A DNA stretch of 64,000 nt, taken from NCBI GenBank assembly GCA_024704765.1, contig JAKMXF010000310.1:931999-995998 (forward strand). The letters are read 5' to 3'. Both the position numbers and the translations under genes were made by a program. Numbering within the stretch: the first letter of the stretch is position 1; each line of letters begins with the position of its first letter. Shown here in pieces: positions 62,401-64,000 of the stretch. This DNA comes from Oopsacas minuta. Its lineage: Eukaryota > Animalia > Porifera. The notes beneath the pieces were generated by a model that searched no databases, was not told where the DNA came from, and was given only the letters and a program-made list of their open reading frames with translations.

Positions 62401-63453
62401 CAAATACATGATGTCATCGTGTGTTCTTGCGAGAAACAATCAATAATCTATAACTGGGAAGTTTGCGGATTTTAACAGAGACAGTTTGTCATAATGCACA
62501 GAGTTCCCAATGTATATAATTTCATAATCCTCCACTCGAACGAGAAAATTTCTGTAATTATCCATGACGTATAGTTACTAGACTATCAAAATTAAACAAT
62601 ATATTATCAGTAAACACATATAACTTGGACAAATATCGTTATATACATCTTACGATATATATATTATGCATATATAATGGTTGTTATCACAAAACATACG
62701 ATGATATGATTGACATAATGTATTTGTAAGAAATATGTGAAAAATTCAAGAAAATTAGGATTCCGCGGTGGACGATCCAGTAAACGCGTGTTAAAAAGCC
62801 ATTAGAGGCCCAATATGTGTAAAACTAGACTCAGCTAGCTTAGGGGCGTAGAACAAGGGGTCCCTCGATGGAGTTGGGAGAAAATTTGAGAATGGAATGT
62901 AACCACTTTCCGGAGTTGCTAGGAAAATATCCCCAAACATATTAAAGCGAACACTCAAAAGACGTGAATTTTTCGCAGATCACGATTATCGACATCATGA
63001 ATGTGTTATAAGAATTTTATTTCTTCAAAATGTGTCTAAAAGTGGAACTTAAAAGTGGCAAACACAAATTTGTTGATGATGGATTTTCATGGACTGTTAT
63101 AGTATTAGAACACATATCAAGGAATGATCTGTGAAAAAATGGTCGCTATATTATTTACTTCAGAATTAAGCCCAAATTTTGCTAGATTGAATGGACCACA
63201 ACATATCAAGCGAAATTGCTTACCGAAACATTACAGTTGCATTCCCGTCAATTTTTGAATAATTAGGTAGAGGTTTAAACCTCAATCTAGAATCAGGAAA
63301 CATGAAGAGAGGATTACATCTAGAAGCAGCTGTAACAGTCCAAGTAAAATTTATCAAAACTTCCCAAATTCCAGGAACAGTCGCTGATAAACTATGAACA
63401 GCCAATCCTTTTATATCATCAGAAAGAGGGCTTGTGGAGTCAATATCGAAAAC
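1..63453 (-). CDS. Giant non-classical cadherin-superfamily protein (FAT/Dachsous-like size; cadherin + calsyntenin-like + LamG + receptor-L + EGF), partial at both ends; 23 exons, ~7,247 aa in window
   Basis: Exons (transcript order): 63224-63453, 57105-57506, 55569-55959, 53953-54135, 25450-37948, 23653-23950, 23003-23208, 22277-22671, 21092-21482, 17022-17402, 15842-16107, 14370-15449, 13799-14270, 13580-13731, 12014-12317, 8835-9137, 8501-8652, 8226-8431, 6039-6220, 5563-5820, 4106-4473, 3402-3610, 1-2413. All introns are GT..AG, phases chain, and the sum 21,741 is divisible by 3. Repeat motifs (xEN, DxD, LDRE/LDFE, DxNDNxP) continue across junctions. Confidence 0.93.
3402..3610 (-). CDS. 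Exon 22 (B repeat: PGTDFNTDIIYE..FYQIG)
   Basis: ctccag|CCT acceptor, GG|gtcagt donor; phase 0 to 2 joins exons 21 and 23. Confidence 0.88.
4106..4473 (-). CDS. Exon 21 (B repeat)
   Basis: ttgtag|GT acceptor, GAG|gttagc donor; ..EEYSKILTTLSYNLVNPEP..DDNDNVPILDLD. Confidence 0.9.
4737..4886. mobile_element. hAT-type MITE
   Basis: Imperfect TIR CAGGGTAGTAGGAAG / revcomp TAGGGGTGTCGGAAG; 8-bp TSD tatataga/aatataga. Confidence 0.6.
5563..5820 (-). CDS. Exon 20 (B repeat)
   Basis: ttatag|GT acceptor, G|gtatgc donor; ..YQSILSSVVYRNERFEPSPTNRTITFVVSDG. Confidence 0.9.
6039..6220 (-). CDS. Exon 19 (B repeat)
   Basis: ctttag|G acceptor, A|gtgggt donor; NNTLNVGTLSGIALSDDD. Confidence 0.85.
6510..6831. 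mobile_element. hAT-type MITE with GCCCG-rich subterminal repeats
   Basis: Perfect 8-bp TSD ctagataa on both sides; degenerate TAGAG-type TIR. Confidence 0.65.
8226..8431 (-). CDS. Exon 18 (B repeat; not in ORF track)
   Basis: ttttag|GAT acceptor, AT|gtgagt donor; DILKSLKYIYSTSDEPLPGLRMISISLEDSG..INNNPP. Confidence 0.9.
8501..8652 (-). CDS. Exon 17 (B repeat)
   Basis: tttcag|AT acceptor, GAG|gtaata donor; SYVSSIRISLIDYQEPSQEVLML. Confidence 0.88.
8835..9137 (-). CDS. Exon 16 (B repeats)
   Basis: atttag|CT acceptor, G|gtttgt donor; LLSTLTYTNSAPEP..VNDG..LNDN. Confidence 0.9.
11279..11536. mobile_element. hAT-type MITE
   Basis: Perfect 13-bp TIR CAGTGGCGTCGTG; TSD gcacctat/gcgcctat. Confidence 0.8.
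12014..12317 (-). CDS. Exon 15 (B repeats)
   Basis: aactag|GTT acceptor, T|gtaagt donor; GTNDNSPIIII..FEYEEE..QDSD. Confidence 0.9.
12540..13030 (+). pseudogene. Degenerate mariner-like (Tc1/mariner) transposase C-terminal fragment
   Basis: IIGPFFFE..TVT..ERY..YFQHEGGTPHT, then frameshifted FLWG.LKDRVY-like sequence. Confidence 0.7.
13104..13469. mobile_element. Tc1/pogo-type MITE with internal TAACTCGAACATTCG repeats
   Basis: TIR CAGTCAACACCCAGTAACTCGAAC vs CAGTCACCATCCGGTAACTCGAAC; TA at right flank. Confidence 0.65.
13580..13731 (-). CDS. Exon 14 (B repeat)
   Basis: ttttag|AC acceptor, ATG|gtatgt donor; YTTVLARLKYFNRIEEP..DRSL. Confidence 0.9.
13799..14270 (-). CDS. Exon 13 (B repeats)
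   Basis: ctgtag|GTT acceptor, G|gtacgt donor; YQSILNTLRYINTQPEP..LNDNCP. Confidence 0.92.
14370..15449 (-). CDS. Exon 12 (cadherin repeats EC24-26 and start of a Cys-loop B repeat)
   Basis: tattag|GTA acceptor, GAG|gtttgt donor; LDFE/LDYE/FDFE and NDNAP motifs. Confidence 0.95.
15842..16107 (-). CDS. Exon 11 (cadherin EC23)
   Basis: ctacag|GG acceptor, GAG|gtaact donor; LDRED..ASDLGSP..DVNDNFP. Confidence 0.93.
16170..16240 (+). mobile_element. hAT (Charlie-like) terminus, one-ended
   Basis: CAGTGCTTCTCAAACTTTT terminal motif. Confidence 0.45.
17022..17402 (-). CDS. Exon 10 (cadherin EC22-23)
   Basis: tgttag|GT acceptor, G|gtgaga donor; LDENDNQP..VSENVPIG..ATDADS. Confidence 0.93.
17880..17990. 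repeat. Dispersed repeat family (inverted copy ~24605-24720, further copy ~41585-41645)
   Basis: Shared CCAGCCAGGCCC..CCCTGTAT..AAAAATCAGC core. Confidence 0.6.
19111..19305. repeat. Long hairpin: ~85-bp arms, 55-bp perfect core, 25-bp spacer containing AACCTAACC
   Basis: 19132-19186 is the exact reverse complement of 19230-19284. Confidence 0.9.
19510..19935 (+). pseudogene. Decayed IS630/Tc1-like transposase N-terminal (HTH) fragment
   Basis: Frameshifted RKRLIAAHEAGISYQKMSELYGVKKDTAYRI..DVTLSE..ASISTIADIL. Confidence 0.5.
19964..20660 (-). mobile_element. hAT transposase fragment (DUF4371 / ZMYM1-THAP12-like), frameshifted, with a hAT terminus at 19964
   Basis: LRGHRE..NKGNFLEIL..AQYTHHSIQDQLL..YFAIMCDEMEDVGKEEQLSICLRYVD; CAGTGGCGGCGCTAG end. 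Confidence 0.8.
21092..21482 (-). CDS. Exon 9 (B repeat)
   Basis: ttgtag|GTA acceptor, G|gtaagt donor; LKEIKYENTQNEPTPGTRIL..LNDNPP. Confidence 0.92.
21891..22048. mobile_element. Tc1/pogo-type MITE
   Basis: TA-CAGTAGACTC..GAGTCTAC termini. Confidence 0.5.
22277..22671 (-). CDS. Exon 8 (B repeat)
   Basis: tcctag|AT acceptor, ATG|gtatat donor; ..PPVLDLNGP..NFNATFYEN. Confidence 0.92.
23003..23208 (-). CDS. Exon 7 (B repeat)
   Basis: ttttag|A acceptor, G|gtacct donor; YSNDAEQP..GRTIAFYVYDD..INDIP. Confidence 0.9.
23653..23950 (-). CDS. Exon 6 (B repeat)
   Basis: atttag|AA acceptor, AG|gtttga donor; NGNPISVASTNLSISDAD..SGTASIDIYQGLLRSI. Confidence 0.9.
24020..24590. mobile_element. Non-autonomous TIR element (~50-bp imperfect TIRs, possibly Transib-like)
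   Basis: ..GGGGACGCTGC..TCGAGTTCTGACTTTGT mirrored by ACAAAGTCAGAACTCGA..GCAGGCGCCCCGTG. Confidence 0.5.
25040..25082 (+). mobile_element. Helitron-like 3' terminus (GTCGC-GCA-GCGAC hairpin, then CTAG|T); sister copies at 23425-23468 and 41457-41490
   Basis: Conserved hairpin + AAGCGAAG + CTAG/GTAG followed by T in three introns; matching A|TC 5' ends at 16442 and 38015. Confidence 0.6.
25450..37948 (-). CDS. Exon 5, 12,499 bp: 21 cadherin repeats, 12 complete B repeats (one with inserted LamG) and start of the next
   Basis: 4175-aa ORF; ttctag|GTT acceptor, G|gtaagt donor; repeats counted by motif. Confidence 0.97.
39370..39760 (-). pseudogene. MULE (Mutator-like) transposase fragment
   Basis: PDFKPNVAVSDFESAPRNAFQ motif, with stops and frameshifts. 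Confidence 0.65.
41760..42560 (-). mobile_element. Decayed LINE (L2/CR1-type) reverse transcriptase fragment
   Basis: LLELSLTFDTVDHEILL..GVPQGSVLSPLLFNLY..FYADDTQLY..RNLGVNFD..DYCNA. Confidence 0.9.
42653..43035. mobile_element. hAT-type MITE
   Basis: TIR CAGGGGC..GCCCCTG; perfect 8-bp TSD ttacaagg. Confidence 0.8.
43404..44747 (+). mobile_element. Full-length but inactivated Tc1/mariner element, DD37E spacing
   Basis: TA TSD; ~27-bp imperfect TIR CAGGGTGTC..TGGCCTAT; transposase from ATG 43621 with a frameshift near 43810; WSDES, MQDGAPAH, NSPDLNPIQNIW (37 residues between D and the E position, now Q). Confidence 0.93.
44857..45737. mobile_element. Non-autonomous hAT element with TGGGTCA subterminal repeats
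   Basis: 19-bp TIR CAGAG(C/G)TGCAAATGGGTCA; TSD agaccgat/agaccgtt. Confidence 0.85.
45138..45608. mobile_element. hAT MITE nested inside 44857-45737
   Basis: CAGTGGCGTAG..CTACGCCTATG termini; TSD agttctag/aattctag. Confidence 0.7.
46217..46342. other. Assembly gap (126 N)
   Basis: Run of N. Confidence 1.
46491..46786 (-). mobile_element. Probable 3' LTR (TGTTG..CAACA, 286 bp) with adjacent polypurine tract
   Basis: Minus strand: AGGTGGGGAG directly precedes TGTTG at 46776; the segment ends CAACA at 46491. Confidence 0.5.
48084..48460 (+). pseudogene. TRAF-like RING / zinc-finger pseudogene nested in intron 4
   Basis: MSETV..GGYNPSLL..CTECEGILRDPQ..YICKEC..KCPFKEDGCEWEG..HSENC..IPCPY; frameshift from a 7-bp duplication; in-frame TAA at 48343. 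Confidence 0.65.
48550..49507 (+). mobile_element. Internally deleted hAT element retaining a dimerisation-domain remnant
   Basis: CACATAGCTA TIR at both ends; VERMFSSVKRIKTRLRSQM..LALLSIE-like motif; no clear TSD. Confidence 0.7.
50116..50697. other. Assembly gap (582 N)
   Basis: Run of N. Confidence 1.
50698..52250 (+). mobile_element. Gypsy-type integrase of probable Ginger/GIN-like transposon, frameshifted, with GPY/F module and downstream NTC motif
   Basis: H-x4-H..C-x2-C zinc motif; GMDLTGP, ISDNGTEF, QTNGLVE catalytic core; GGKLEDKWNGPY; no RT seen, but the 5' side is an N-gap. Confidence 0.85.
52921..53762. mobile_element. Foldback / Mutator-like non-autonomous element with ~220-bp TIRs
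   Basis: 52921-53139 is a high-identity inverted copy of 53544-53762. Confidence 0.85.
53953..54135 (-). CDS. Exon 4 (B repeat second half; not in ORF track)
   Basis: ctctag|GCT acceptor, AAG|gtaata donor; FESIIQTLTYWNVAEEPSSESRMITITVNDG..TNDAPK joins VQVNGG of exon 5. Confidence 0.92.
55569..55959 (-). CDS. Exon 3 (end of second FRAWD-type repeat, start of first B repeat)
   Basis: ttacag|G acceptor, TCT|gtgagt donor; EFLLWDQSYG..AVNDPPVL..NYTES..INDVDS. Confidence 0.9.
56084..56183. mobile_element. 100-bp pogo/Tigger-type MITE
   Basis: TIR CAGTGG(A/G)GTCTCC..AACGGACAC; TA at left flank; internal CGGACA repeats. Confidence 0.7.
57105..57506 (-). CDS. Exon 2 (FRAWD-type repeats)
   Basis: ctttag|A acceptor, AG|gtttgt donor; AWDNG..LNRAP..ISED..GIAIIALD..GEWQ..SRIR. 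Confidence 0.9.
61081..61439. mobile_element. Non-autonomous TIR element (~70-bp imperfect TIRs)
   Basis: GTAGAGATCATGGATGACGAATTTTTATGAATATTCAAT mirrored at ~61372-61410. Confidence 0.65.
62030..63095. mobile_element. Older foldback element with ~390-bp diverged inverted arms; related partial copy at ~58920-59200
   Basis: Collinear inverted matches (GTCCACCGCGG, CTGAGTCTAGTTT, AATATGTTTGGGGATATTTT, GTCCATGAAAATC). Confidence 0.75.
63224..63453 (-). CDS. Exon 1 of those in the window (FRAWD-type repeat)
   Basis: tttcag|GTT acceptor, CG|gtaagc donor; KGLAVHSL..GIWE..SRLRFKP..ATVMFR joins AWDNG of the next exon in phase 2. Confidence 0.88.
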
Positions 63454-63707
63454 CTGAAAAAAGTAATATGTATAGGTAAATTATAAATTAGTCAACCCGC
63501 TCAGCAGCATATGTGTAGATTTTGTTTCCTTTGTTTCGTCCTCCTTCTGAAAACTTTAGAAATGGCAACTCTATTTCCTCATATATAAACGGTTATAACT
63601 ATTAGTCTAAAAAATGCATGTAATTAGGGCGCTTCGAGACAACTTAGTGCCTCAGAAAAGGCTAAAATATTGAACAGGTAAATTTCTTAGTGCTTCTGGT
63701 CGCTAGG

Positions 63708-63865
63708 CAGAGTTGTGTAAATCAAATCATTTTCCATTCAAGATGCATCAAATCCAAAATGATTTGGATTTGATGCATTTTAAATGGAAAATGATTGGAT
63801 TTGGATTTGATTAACTATTATATGATTTGGATTTGAATGAAATAGCAATCAAATCTACAACTCTG
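63708..63865. mobile_element. hAT-type MITE with CAAATC/GATTTG repeats
   Basis: TIR CAGAGTTGT; TSD tcgctagg/tagctaga (6/8). Confidence 0.6.
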
Positions 63866-64000
63866 TAGCTAGACAGCACAATAAACTCAGCATCTCCTAC
63901 CTCGAGCGTCTGAAATAGCAGAAATTTAAGATTGTATTATCTATAGCCTATCCCAGGAGTTTCCACTTTTCGAACAAAGGGACACATTCCAATTTTATTT

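Noticed and set aside
1-63453. Assigning a gene symbol such as FAT4, DCHS, CELSR, NOTCH or CLSTN
   Set aside because: Each matches only part of the architecture; the TM and cytoplasmic region needed for classification are outside the window.
55803-63453. Bacterial contamination as the source of the bacterial-like repeats
   Set aside because: They are split by canonical spliceosomal introns full of eukaryotic transposons and splice in frame to the cadherin exons.

Overview
AT-rich eukaryotic (animal) genomic DNA with GT-AG introns and two N-gaps (46217-46342, 50116-50697). The whole window lies inside ONE minus-strand gene. I manually chained 23 exons, all with GT/AG junctions and matching phases, giving 21,741 nt = 7,247 codons open at both window edges (no start, signal peptide, TM segment or stop in view). 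In-window architecture, N to C: >=2 bacterial-adhesin-like 'FRAWD/LLWD' repeats - B4 - EC12 - B5 (the first with a LamG domain inserted, calsyntenin-like) - EC7 - B3 - EC2 - B4 - EC5 - B8 - extended receptor L-domain - >=8 Notch-type EGF repeats. EC = canonical cadherin repeat (26 in total); B = a ~135-aa cadherin-like, non-canonical repeat (24 in total). The last exon (L-domain plus EGFs) is missing from the supplied ORF track because it runs off the edge. The introns hold decayed transposons (Tc1 DD37E, mariner, hAT and hAT MITEs, MULE, L2/CR1-type LINE, Ginger/Gypsy-like integrase, Helitron ends, an LTR, foldback elements). The 16-kb intron also holds a head-to-head NHL-repeat/TRAF-like pseudogene pair. 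The style of these families suggests a sponge, possibly a hexactinellid; this is inference from recall, not a database result. No RNA genes or CRISPR arrays were seen.
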